NCBI RefSeq assembly: GCF_009914755.1
Contig: NC_060929.1
Length of the DNA stretch: 64,000 bases
Reading direction: 5' to 3' (one strand)
Source of the DNA: the human T2T-CHM13v2.0 reference genome, Homo sapiens
Shown here: positions 43,995 to 55,924 of the stretch, piece after piece
How positions within the stretch are numbered: the stretch's first letter is position 1
Layout of the letters: every line of letters begins with the position of its first letter
Notes under the pieces: generated by a model
What the model was told of the DNA's origin: nothing
What the model saw: the letters and a program-made list of their open reading frames with translations, nothing else
Database searches by the model: none
Program-made: the position numbers and the translations under genes

Positions 43995-45519
43995 GGATTC
44001 TCTTTGAACGGTATAAAAGTCTGTGAGATGGCCGTGGGGAAACTCAGAGAAATTAAAGGTATAAAATGTAAGAAAGTGTCAAGGCTGAGATGACCATCCC
44101 AGCTAGTTCCTACTGCAGGTTTCTTTTATGACACCAATTTTGGCTGGTAAAGAAAAGATAATAACACCTAATTGGCTGCCTCACAACACTGCATAAACAA
44201 ATCAAAAGAGCTAATGAATGGCAGGTTGTTTTGAAAGCTGTGGAAGGTGATCTAATCATAAAAGACTATAGTTATTTATTAACTATTATCGTCATCAAGG
44301 CTCCCTCTGTGTAGAAAAACAGAAGACTTTAGGAATGATATGGTAACTTTATATTTTGGAAATAACCTTTGTTTGTAGTAACATTACTGATCTACAACAA
44401 TCTTTATAATTTTCTCATTTCCTCCCCCTGTATCAGTATCCTTCAGATTCTGCCAACCTCATAAATGCGTAAGGTTGTAAAATTCATAGTTTTTATTATC
44501 TAAGCCCACTCATTTCTAATGAGAGGAAAAAAGTTTCTACATGTTTGATGAATAATTGAAAGAGTTAAAAACAAGGATGATATTTTGAGTTAGAAGAATA
44601 CCTTGATAACCTAACTCTGACCCAAACCTGAGTTCTCCAAACCTTCAATCCCATTCATTTAAATGTAATATTCATGGTGATTTTCAGGAATGAGGAGTAA
44701 TTAACAGAGCATGTGATGAATCACCTCTGGCTTTACAACATTCCTAAAATGAAATGGAGAAGAAGCCCTAATGAAATGAGCCAGCTGATGAGTACTTCCA
44801 ATTTTGGGGGTGCTCACTGAATCTTCTTTTTACTACTTTCTCCATTTGGAAAAGATATCAGTTTCAAACTTTTTATTCATCATTTCAGAAAAGGCTGGCA
44901 TCTCTGAGGAGCTCTTTTCCAGTAAGAAGGAAACCAATGTCTTCAATGTTTCCTCATAGTAGAGATTCCTAAGACAGGCAATCATCTTTTGGTTCTTCTG
45001 TTCCACCCTAGCACCACTTCCACTCCTGGGAATATTCTCCATTTGGGCTAGGCTAGGGGTCACTAGAGCATAATACACAGTCATTGATTCCATTTTAAGG
45101 CATCAAACTCTTTTACCGTCAATAACAGAATATATGGTTGGGACACATTTCGTATGGTCTGACAGGGCAGATGAAAGATAAAAAATTAGTATTGATATGT
45201 GAATATTTAGAAGAGGCTTTTAGAGAAAGAGACAAGAAATCAATGCTGATTGAAACAGAGCAATGGTTTTCGTTAAGTTTTAACAGGTGATGTTTCGATT
45301 TGTTTAGGCATTATGGTTTAAAATACAATTAAAAGGGAAAAAGAGAACATATATCGTTATAGTTTAATTTCACCTCAAATTGTGTTGGGGTAGTTTTTCT
45401 ATGCTGAGTAAATATAAATCTATTGGTGAAATCCACAGTCAACAGATGTTTACTTTTCTTGGTATCTTAGAAATTATCTAGTACAACCACGTTATTATAA
45501 TTATGTAAAAATGCAAGAC

Positions 45520-45800
45520 CAGCTATCATTAACTATCAAGCTTATCACATAAACTTGATAATTGTTCTAAGCACCTCTCTCTCTCACACACACACAAACA
45601 CACACGCATTATATATATGATTTATCTCTAAACCTCTTAGCACTAGTACAATGTACGTGTTATTATTTTTATTTTACATATTAGGAAACTGAGGCTTAGA
45701 GAAAATAAGTGACTTGTCCAAGGCAACATGGCTAACAATTCAAGATTTGGACCCATTTCTAGCTTGCTTCAAAGCTGGGTTCATTTCTATCCCTACATAG
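45520..45800 (-). mobile_element. MIR with internal (CT)/(CA) microsatellite
   Basis: ttgttctaagcac..., attttaca..ttaggaaactgaggcttagaga..aagtgacttgtccaagg. Confidence 0.75.
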
Positions 45801-45998
45801 TTGAAAAGACTACATAGAATAGAAACAGATTTCTGAAACCCTGTCTCATTCTCTTTCCATTAAGCTATGATGGACTTTGATTTTCTAACCTGTAACAATA
45901 ATGGAATTTGAACTTGCTTTCCGTGGTCACTAATTTTACTATTCCATTGGAAAGGAGCCAAGCTACAACAATAGTGCAGACCTTGAAACCAATGATTT

Positions 45999-46030
45999 TA
46001 TATATATATATATATGTGTGTGTATATATA

Positions 46031-46072
<42 letters not shown>
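45999..46072. repeat. Compound (TA)n(TG)n microsatellite adjoining the Alu tail
   Basis: Direct reading. Confidence 0.95.
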
Positions 46073-46073
<1 letters not shown>

Positions 46074-46074
46074 C

Positions 46075-46362
46075 TTTTTTTTTTTTGATGGAGTTTTGCT
46101 CTGTCGCTGAGGCTGGAGTGCAGTGGCGCCATCTCAACTCACACACCCTCCGCCTCCCGGGTTCAAGCAATTCCCCTGCCTCAGCCTCCAGAGTAGCTGG
46201 GACTACAGGTGCGTACCACCAAGCCCATCTAATTTTTGTATTTTAATAGAGATGGGGTTTCACCATCTTGGCCAGGATGGTCTCGATCTCCTGACCTCAT
46301 GATCCGCCAGCCTTGGCCTCCCAAAGTGCTGGGATTACAGGCGTGATACACTGTGCCTGGCC
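46075..46362 (-). mobile_element. AluSc-like
   Basis: ccaggatggtctcgatctcctgacctcatgatcc; degenerate TSD ca(a/g)tgatt. Confidence 0.9.
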
Positions 46363-47589
46363 CAGTGATTATATTTTTATAGGAAATAAATTATTTCATG
46401 AGAGAAAAAAGAAAGGACGTATTATCTCACTGTGATAAATCTCATAATATTGGCATACTCCCTAAGTTGGGCAACTTTGATCAGTTTTCTGGAACCATCA
46501 TAAAAAGGCCTTTAATTGGATAAAGTCTCGAACTTTTCTTCTGTGGATGTGAATATCTTGAGAAGTACTGGAATGAAACAATTTGGCTCTGGTTTCAGTC
46601 ATCTTCACATGTTTCTTCAGGTGCTTTCTTAAGCTATTAGGGCAAAATAAGCTGGTAGAAAAAAGGTGTTACTTGTAGGATGAAAGAAGCAACTAAAGAG
46701 AAGAAACTTTCTCTAGAAAAATGTTACATTTACACATTTATAATTGTTAACAACTTTTTTCTTCTTTTCTTTTTGGGAGACTAAATAATGGGATGATACA
46801 GGAAGAAATATGATTTAGAGAAAACTGATTGAGCCAAATTTTTCAAACGGTAATATGGGTAATCATAGGCTATGGAAAGTTAAACTGAGTCTCCAATGTT
46901 TATGATTATGATGTTTGGCTAGGATATAAAATAAGGCTTCAGAATATAAAATATCCTGCAGATTGAGAAGTTTTAAAAGTAGTTACATACAAGTTTTATT
47001 TTTCCAACGTTCCTGCCTTTTCTAATGTCTAAGGATGAAGCAGTGTACAGAGAGGAAAGAATGTTATATGTGTGGTCTGCTTGCAAGTGCTGGATGCCTC
47101 CTCTGCCTGCTCCAACTAAACTGTCTGCTTATGAGAAAGTCATTGCTCCTCTGAGTTCCTGCCTCCCTATATATTCAACATTAGAATTTTGCCAGGTTAT
47201 CTTTTAGGGTCGTTCAACTCTAACATATATATGAGTCTGTGACACTGAACTCAGACACTTCAGAACAGGAACCCTGGATTTCTCTGGATGTGGAAATCTT
47301 TAAATCTATACCTGACTGGTAGGACAACCAATCTGTCTTCCTTTCCTCTCCTCTCCCACTTATGAAGGGAGTCCAGTCAGAAACATGTTTGTCTACGAGG
47401 TAGTATATCTGGTATTTCTGAGGAATTCGGTTATTATATAGGATTATAGAATATTCAACTTTGAGTAGGGTCTGTGGACTCCATCAATTGCGTTCTGGGG
47501 GAGGTACCATGAAAGAACATTCCTACTTTAGAAATAGATATTCTCTGTTCAAACCTGACACCCTGACAGGATCCTAAAGGATGGAAGCT

Positions 47590-47692
47590 AAAGTGGTGTG
47601 GTATATAAGTCCCATGACCTTGAACAACTGGTTTTATGTGGGTGTCACCAGTGCTTTATAAAAGTAAACTGCATCGCCCCGAGTTCAGTCAT
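47590..47692 (+). promoter_or_regulatory. SPINK5: SPINK5 core promoter: TATA box and initiator, with GRHL- and KLF-type motifs
   Basis: TATAAAAG at 47657. Inr TCAGTC has its A at 47687, exactly 30 nt downstream. AACTGGTTT (GRHL-like) at 47626, GTGGGTG (CACCC box) at ~47638, and a second TATATAAG at 47602. Confidence 0.8.
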
Positions 47693-47751
47693 ACTGCACC
47701 AGCTGAGCAATGCATGGAGTGGACCTGTAGGCGACTTGCATCGTCTTCAAC
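47687..47751 (+). other. SPINK5: Predicted SPINK5 5' UTR (~65 nt) containing two upstream ATGs
   Basis: Lies between the inferred TSS (47687) and the ATG (47752). uATGs at 47710 and 47714. Confidence 0.7.
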
Positions 47752-47806
47752 ATGAAGATAGCCACAGTGTCAGTGCTTCTGCCCTTGGCTCTTTGCCTCA
47801 TACAAG
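47752..47806 (+). CDS. SPINK5: SPINK5 (LEKTI) coding exon 1, signal peptide MKIATVSVLLPLALCLIQ(D)
   Basis: caacATGAAGATAGCC...ATACAAG|gtgagc. The 55 coding nt translate to the recognised N-terminus of human LEKTI, with a canonical donor. Confidence 0.97.
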
Positions 47807-49053
47807 GTGAGCAATTTGTGTGTAATCTAAGCCTCTTGCCACACATCTCAAAGCCCTGGGGAAGGGACTTTTCTCCCCCTACTCCTGCCAAAAAATGTTT
47901 ACGTATGCATGTATAATCCTGAAATGTCTTGCCAGACACAGAGTTCTGAAGATTTATATATGTGGCTTTATAATTATGTTGTTATCTTTAGAAATGGCAA
48001 GTAGTTTGAGATAATCTGAATTTTCTAACCATGAGAAATTCTTCCATTAATTCTTTATTAATTCAGAAAACTGAATAGATTCTTCTTCATCTTCCTCTTG
48101 CTAAATGTATCAATTCATAATGCATATTCTTATATATGTAATAGACATTTAAAACTTAATTGTAAATAATATATGTATTTTAATGTTATAGGTATAAATG
48201 AAATATTTTTTAAAATTCAATCATCTGTTCTTATTTTAAAGCAGTGGTATCTTCTAGCTTATTTTAGTCTTGTGTTTTCAAATGCTAAATGGGTTGAAAG
48301 CATTTCTCCCAAAGAGTGAGGGACTTTTGTGGGAGCTGGAAGGTAGATTTTTATATTTGCTATTTAACCCTAAGAGAACACAAATTGCCTAGACTTACGT
48401 TGCTCTGAAACATTAAAATTTTTAAAAAGAGAAACTCATAGATAGTCTGAAATCATATACAAATAATGCCCATTTTCCTAAAATAGGTGTGTAGGTACAA
48501 AAGAGCCTATGTTAATGAGAGAGTATAATAGCCTGTGACCTTAATCTTACCTTCTGTCAGATCTCTAACTTTTGCAGCTGTAATAAGGAGGTAGAGCTGC
48601 CAGAATTCAGAAAATTAAATTTTATGTATATATCCTATAAATGTAATGCTATATTATAGTTTCAACTATAATATAGTTTCAAAATTATAATTGGTATAGT
48701 ATTTTGTGTGTATGTTATATTGTAATTTTAAAAGGGAGGCTGGCATTTATTACTCCGAAAGGACCTTTTGAAGATAAGCTATTTTGATGGGGTTAGAATT
48801 CACATGAGTATTATTTTCCAAAGTAATTGTAACTTTCTGAGTGATTAGACCTTTGTGAGTATATATACTAATCTCCTGGTCCAGTGCCCTTCTTTTATTT
48901 GCCATGATAAATCTTAATGTGTTCAAAAACCATTTGCGGTTTTACAACATATTGTCATTAAAGCAATCAAGATGCTGCATTAAATGGATTATTTGTTTTG
49001 TTTATTAAATATTTTACATTTCCTTAACTTTGGTTTCTATATTTTCATCCCAG

Positions 49054-49079
49054 ATGCTGCCAGTAAGAATGAAGATCAG
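49054..49079 (+). CDS. SPINK5: SPINK5 exon 2 (26 nt), (D)AASKNEDQ
   Basis: Pyrimidine tract + cccag|ATGCTGCCAGTAAGAATGAAGATCAG|gttagt. The phase fits exon 1 (c.56-81). Confidence 0.96.
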
Positions 49080-49244
49080 GTTAGTCCTGCTTTTTCTGTT
49101 CATTGAATTCATTCCAAGATTCCCAAAGAAAAGTGGTTTGTGGCCAACACCTTCATGTTAATAATACAAACATATTATACTGGTAGGTACTAATAGCTTT
49201 TGTTAAAAACACAGAAACAGATTTTTATGAATCAGGACATGAGC

Positions 49245-49275
<31 letters not shown>

Positions 49276-49504
49276 TCAACATATTAATGATGATGGATGT
49301 CTGCAAGAGGCAATTTATCATGTTAAAGGAGCATTTTAAAATTTCATAAACAAAAAATAAATCAACTGGAAAACTACTATTGTTCCATTTAACATCTCAA
49401 CAAGCCATGATACACCACATAGGAAGCTGAAATAAATTTTCTAGTAATCATTATGCAAAAGAGGGTGGTCTGTATCTTGTATATAGTCGGTGTATATAGT
49501 TCAT

Positions 49505-49900
49505 GTAATGAATATTTATTGAGCATCTCTTAGATGTCAGACCCTGTTTGAGATGCTGGGGTTATTTTTAAGTAAACAAAATAGATGAAATTCCTGCCCT
49601 GAAAATTACGTTTTAGTGTAGGAAAACAGACAAATTAATAAGTAGCTTAGCAAAACATATGGTACGTTAAATAATGATAAATGCTAGGAGAAAAATAAAT
49701 CAGGAGGCATAATAGGATCCCTGAGAATGGAGGTGGTATCCATTCTCATAAGGATAATCAGGGAAGTTCTCTCTGGACAGACAGTATTAGAATAGGAATC
49801 TGAAGGTCATAAGGGAATGAACCACGAAGGTATTTGCAGTTTACAGCAGGCCAGACAGAAGCACCTGTGAGCGCAGAGGCCCTGACGCAAGAAGGTGCTT
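49505..49900 (-). mobile_element. L2 3' end in SPINK5 intron 2
   Basis: aatatttattgagcatct...atgtcagaccctgt..., cctgccctg..., aatcagggaag. Confidence 0.75.
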
Positions 49901-51482
49901 TACCAACTCTTAAACCTCTTTTGTTTGATAAATTAAAAAATCATTTTCTACTAGAAGTTAAATTTTTTAATCTATTTGAAAGATAGGATGACCAATTACT
50001 CACACACACACATTTTATATATTTATATACACACACACTGCTATGCATGCTATTAATTCAGCACTTAAAGCACAATCTTAAATGTTTTGCTGAATATGTG
50101 GCAAAATTTGTTTTATCTCTGGCCACGAACATTAAAGGAATAAAAATGTGAAACAGCTATTCTTTACGTTGAAACTCTGAGAACCATGGTTAAAATACTC
50201 TCTTGCCGTATTTTGTTGCAATGATTTTTTTTAAAGAAACTTCTTACATGAGTGTTCTAGAGAATTTTATCATGTTCTCTACTATTTCATCTAAGTTTAC
50301 TGATAGGGAGAGGTCCAGAAAGTTCAGTAGAGTAGAAAATAAGCTAGACATTTGGGAATCAGAGAGCATGCTCACTTGGAAGTTTTATACTGGGAAAAAA
50401 GAAGGATATTATATAAATATCATTGTGTATAAAACCATCATTTTCTTTTTCAGAGTCCGTGATGATGGTTGGTGATTTATGGCAGATACTGTGAATTTTA
50501 CACTGCTATTTTTCATAGCATTAACCTCTATTTCACTGAAAAATATTTTAAAAACAAATTTAGTGACTTCTTATATTTGGTATTAAAGGCAAGAACACAA
50601 AGAAGTAATTATTTATTTGGAAGCCTTTCTAATCAGAGTTTTTGGATACTGTGTCAGAAATGAAAACTATTGATGTAGTCTTTTTTACGATGCTGTGATT
50701 TTGGTTATTTTCCAAGTTTAGTAGCTTGGGTTCCTTTCAGCATGATAAAAGCATATTAAATGTCATAAACATGAACCTAAACAGCAGGGAAAAGCACTGC
50801 AGCAATCTGCAAGGATCTTAAGCATGCTTAAATTTGTCATCACCTAAGAGTCATTCTTCAGGCAAAAGCAAGCTGGTCAGTGCTCTAACACTGAGATAGG
50901 GCAATGGCAGCTCCTGGAGGGTTTTATTATAATATCTGGAGATGGACAATAGAAGACAACAAATTAGGCCTCAGCCAGTGAGGGAAACAGGAAGAACTTG
51001 GCCCTAGAGGGCTCCAGTTTTCCTGGGACATGCTGAGAAAAAGAGAATAACAGCAACAGTAACAAAACAAAACAAAAACAGGCCAGGGACTGGAAGTTAC
51101 CCTGCAAGTAAACAGGTGCTGAAAAGTCATCTACTCAACTCAGGATGACTTTTGGTCTAAATATGCTTCTGTTTCAACCCTCTCTATTATGGTCATTGAA
51201 AGGGTATTCCATTTTGCTCAGAGAAAAACTCAACTGCTGCTTTCCATTTTTATGGTCTTTTCCTGTTTCCCAAGAGAATACATTGGATAATTTCATAACT
51301 CAGAAAAATAGCATTGAATCTCATCTTAACTAATTAATCACTGTGAACAAATTTCTTAACCTATTATTTGGGCCTCTGATGCTCAGTTTGTAAGAAAGGG
51401 AGTCTTTCTAGGAATTAAGTTCTCATCTAACAGTGATATTGGAGAAGTCCAATTTAGGGATTATTCTTATTGATGCAACTCT

Positions 51483-51615
51483 TTAATTTTTCTTATAAGT
51501 AGAGACAAGGTCTCATTATATTTCCCAGGAGGATCTTGAACTTCTGGCTTCAAGCAATCCTCCTCCCTTTGCATCCAAAATTGCTGAGTTACAGCCATGA
51601 GCCACTGCACCTGGC
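51483..51615 (-). mobile_element. FLAM/AluJ left monomer
   Basis: gtagagacaaggtctc...tcaagcaatcctcc...gagccactgcacctggcc. Confidence 0.85.
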
Positions 51616-52211
51616 CTGATGCTACTCTTTTATGATAAGCTTTCAAAATTATTTAGAGCTTTATTCCAGGATTATCATGAGTCGTCTATATACTTTCTAT
51701 AAGACTTACTTAATAAGGGATATATTTTCATTACAAAGACCCCAGGCTCTTCTCTGATTCTACTATATGGATTTTAGGATCAATTATATTCATCAAGGTA
51801 AGCATAACTTGCAAAGTTGGCATTTGATACTGTAGAATCAGAGATCAGACAGGTCTCAAGATGCCCAGTTATTAATCTGTGTCCAGAAATTACTACTCTG
51901 CTACTCTGATGGAGTCACTGTGTAGCTATAATAATCTTAGAGATATTTAAGCATGCCATCCTTAGCTAAATTTCCCAGGGCTGGTCTGTGATATCGTTTA
52001 GTTATTCTCCTTCACCATTAATCATTTTGCAAGTGCTACCAACTGCCTACCATTTTTAAGAGGCTAGATTAAGTACATCATTATTCATCCAGGCAAGTAT
52101 ACTTCTGTTCTACCTAATGCTGTATCTATGTCACCTAGCAAAGTATAGTAATCCAATAATAAGTGATTGCTGGCTCATTCAATGATGATCATAAAGATAT
52201 AGGAGACTACT

Positions 52212-52308
52212 GGAGTTCAAGACCAGCCTGGGCGATGTAGTGAGACCCTGCCTCTCCAAAAAAAAAAAAAAAAAAAAAAAAAAAAGAAAGAAAGAAAGAA
52301 AGAAAAAA
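52212..52308 (+). mobile_element. FLAM/AluJ fragment with long A and (GAAA)n tail
   Basis: ggagttcaagaccagcctgggcgatgtagtgagaccctgcctctc followed by ~A28 and (GAAA)5. Confidence 0.8.
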
Positions 52309-52523
52309 CAAGCACAAAACACCAGATATAGATATAGGAGCCTAAATAGAAACCTTTAATAAATTTTTTGGAACAGGTTGTGTTTGTCAGAGTTGAAGCA
52401 AAAGCTTTGTTTATTTGTTTCCTGATACAAGCAACTTGAAGCAGATTAAAAAAAATCAAAACAAAAAACAACAAAAATCCCCTTAGATTCCAAAGGCCTA
52501 TTCTAAAGACCTAGTGAATTTTC

Positions 52524-52817
52524 ACTGGGTACAGTGGCTCATGCTTGTAATTCCAGCACTTTGGGAGGCTGAGGCAGGTGTATCATTTGAGGTCAGGAGT
52601 TCGAGATCAGCCTGCCCAACATGGTGAAATCCCATCTCTGCTAAAAATACAAAAATTACCTAGATGTGGTAGCATGCACCTGTAATCCCAGCTACTCAGG
52701 GGGCTCAGGCAGGACAACCTCTTGAACCTGGGAGGTAGAGGTTGCAGTGAGCCAAGATCATGCCACTGCACTCCAGCCTGGGCGATAGAGCAAGACTCCA
52801 TCTAAAGATAAATAAAT
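52524..52817 (+). mobile_element. AluSx/Sz
   Basis: Full dimer; perfect 15-bp TSD acctagtgaattttc (52509 and 52818). Confidence 0.93.
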
Positions 52818-54026
52818 ACCTAGTGAATTTTCTAAATTAAAAGGGAATATAACATTTTAAAATCATACTTTACTAGGTAGCAGAAATGCACCATATTTTA
52901 AGCTCCTAAAAAAGAATGAGTGATGTATAGCAGGACTTTAATAATAATATTTAATATTATTTATTAATATTTAATATTGAATGAATCAAAGAATTACCAC
53001 TTTTGAAGATCATTCTACTTTCCTTTTCCCCACCAATTCTATTATTTAAAATGTTTCCCCTGTCCTCCTTAAACTTTGTATAACGGAGTTATTGGTATTT
53101 ACAAAACCAAAAGCCCAAAACAAACATAGTAGGATTTTAGTTCCAAGGGATGTGCCAAAAAAAAAATTACCAGAGAGAGAGAGAAAGAGAGAGAAAGAGA
53201 GAGAAAGCCTTATGCAATTATTGAGAAATTTCCTCAGTACTTCCATAGATTCACAAGGTTTGATTCTGATGGTAGTGATAGTAGTGCTGATGACATTTGT
53301 GGGGATGGTGGTGGGGGTGGAAGTATGGGTACTTTCTAAAAAATATAATACAAATTTGAAAATGCAAAATGGTTAGGCCTCTCCCAGAACCTCGGAAGGG
53401 GGATGTGACAGTGAAGGGCCCTGAATCTTAAGCTTTATTAGCTTTAAGGTAAGTCTGCCTGTGCTCATAAGTCAAATGATTTATCAAGGGACATGAAGTT
53501 CTTTTCAGAAAATAAACCAGTCTAGAAACTTGTTTTCCAGATAAATATAACCAAGAAATCCTTTTTTCATTTAACACTGTTAAAATTTCTAGGAACTGAT
53601 ATGTTGCAGTACAGCCATGGGGAAATGTAGGCAGACATTTTATAATGTTCAATGCTCAAACACCTTGCCTCAGTCCTTCAGCAACATTTTCATATTCCTT
53701 TCACAGCAATTACTATTGGCCTACTGTGTACTAGGTATTTTATATGTGTCATCTTAGCATATTCCAGTAATAATACTGACAATCACCAGCAACATCAAAA
53801 CAATAATAATAAAAAAGGAGGAAGAAGGAAGGAGGATAATTTATTAATTGAATATCTACTATGTATCAGGCATTCTTTGAGGGCTTTACATACTTAATCT
53901 TCAAAAAACCTTGGAATTGTGTGTGTATATATATGCAGACATATACATATATCTACATATATATATCAAAATAAAGCTTGTTTTGATGTACTTTTAGCTA
54001 ACACAACTTTTTTGGCATTATCTTAG

Positions 54027-54154
54027 GAAATGTGCCATGAATTTCAGGCATTTATGAAAAATGGAAAACTGTTCTGTCCCCAGGATAAGAAATTTTTTCA
54101 AAGTCTTGATGGAATAATGTTCATCAATAAATGTGCCACGTGCAAAATGATACT
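54027..54154 (+). CDS. SPINK5: SPINK5 exon 3 (128 nt), Kazal-like domain 1 with 4 Cys: EMCHEFQAFMKNGKLFCPQDKKFFQSLDGIMFINKCATCKMI(L)
   Basis: ttag|GAAATGTGC...ATGATACT|gtgagt. In frame with exon 2 (c.82-209) and matches LEKTI domain 1. Confidence 0.97.
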
Positions 54155-55851
54155 GTGAGTAAAGGTTTCTTTCTTTCTTTCCAATGTTTGAGTTAACAGC
54201 TAGTCTCTGAACTGGTAAATGTATTCTTTTTCTTTCAAGTGCATTTTTCTAAACCGAAATGGTTAAATAAAAGTGCTGAGCAGATCACTCTGACATTTCC
54301 CATCAGATAAAGTTGGATAATTACCACCCACCTGGAAAGATTTTAATAATCACTCAAACAAGATTCTGAAAGCATTCCAGAGGGCCCAGTGTCAATACCT
54401 TCTGTAGCACTCTATAGTCTTTTGAGGATGTAGTTCCACTTTGAACTTCCTGGTTTTGGAAAAAAATGAATTTGACAAAGAAAGTCAGATTCCTTGGGCC
54501 TGTTAAGACCTGATTCTGTTGCAGCCTAGGGACTGAGAAGATTGGCTTAAGCATAATGCCAGACTCTCCCGTGACAGCCAACCAGCAGAAGGACTTAAGC
54601 AAGGTATACCCTGATTCTGTGAGCTGCCAGTGTCTTTAGACACCTAGCATTATTCTAGGATGAGATGAACTAAAGGGTAGATTATAGTTTCCAACTCCTT
54701 GCAGCTCAGAAAGAATTAGTATCCTGGAAGTTTACCAATCTCTATTCAATGCTTCTTAACTTGGTTTCCTTCTCTCCATTGTCACCCCAAAGGTAAAAGA
54801 AGGCTTGGGTTATCAATTGCAAATCCTCAAACCAGAATGTCCTAATTTGTTTTTGAAAAGGAAGGTTAGCCTCAATTTCTGACCACTGTCAAAACTTCAA
54901 CAGTGGTAGCAAGCCAATACTGAGCTTACCCACTTAGGATAATTATATTACAATTGGCTTTTTAAATGTCAGGTTGGTGTGTGTCACAGGATTTAATTTG
55001 GGGATTGACGTAGTCAATCATATTGGGATAATGAAGCTCAGATCGTTTGATCATGCACTGCTTCTAGTGAAGAGACTGTGAGACTATAAAGAAGCCAGGA
55101 CAAGATTTAATAGAGGATGGGAGGCCTAGGGCAGGTTGAATAATTCTTTCTTTTTTTGAAAGCTGAATGTAAACCAGCAGGTATATTATTTATTATAAAA
55201 TTTTCTTCTTGTTTCATAAGATGTTTTAATATGAGACTGAAAGTATGAATATAATAAATTTACTGAAAAATAATGTAAAACAAAAATGAAATGCCTTAAG
55301 AGTCTAAAGACAGTTTATCATTTTGAAGTTATTCAATTATTATTTTTATGACTTACGTAAATTATGTTAGAATAAAATTTTTTTTTTTACCTGGAAAGAA
55401 GGAGGCTGTGCAAAGCATAAAAGCTGTCATCAGATTCCTAAAGAACTGGCTTATGGAAAAGAAAATTGATTTGCTCTGTGGGTCCCTAGATGTTGGAATT
55501 AGAACCAATATAAGCAGGTTCAATGTGAATATTCTCTTTCAAAAACTGCATTCAAAGAATGGTGCAGATAGCTTTGAGAGTTGGTGACCACCTGGCTGTT
55601 GGAAGTATTCCAGGAAGGTAGTCTGTTATGCAGTTAAAGTTAGAGATTCTTCCTATAATACCATGTTCGAGATATTTTTCAATGTTGAAGGGAGATCTGG
55701 GGTTCTGTGTCCACTTCTGAACATGCTACCAATTTTGACATGCCAGGCTAGGCTGAGGAGAGCAGTTAAAATTAAGTTTACCATGTTAGCTGTTATTGTT
55801 AAAAGTTGAGCAAACAATGTTTAAACTATGCTATTTCTTGTCCTTTTCCAG

Positions 55852-55924
55852 GGAAAAAGAAGCAAAATCACAGAAGAGGGCCAGGCATTTAGCAAGAGCT
55901 CCCAAGGCTACTGCCCCAACAGAG
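55852..55924 (+). CDS. SPINK5: SPINK5 exon 4 (73 nt), linker (L)EKEAKSQKRARHLARAPKATAPTE with dibasic processing site
   Basis: tccttttccag|GGAAAAAGAA...CCAACAGAG|gtgaga (c.210-282). The peptide is visible inside ORF-track entry 55796..55981. Confidence 0.96.

Noticed and set aside
47598-47810. 70-aa ORF over the SPINK5 promoter and exon 1
   Set aside because: It starts at GTG upstream of the TSS and is in a different frame from the real CDS at 47752.
55736-55755. Possible p63 site before exon 4 (tgacatgccaggctaggct)
   Set aside because: The second half-site is out of register by one base.
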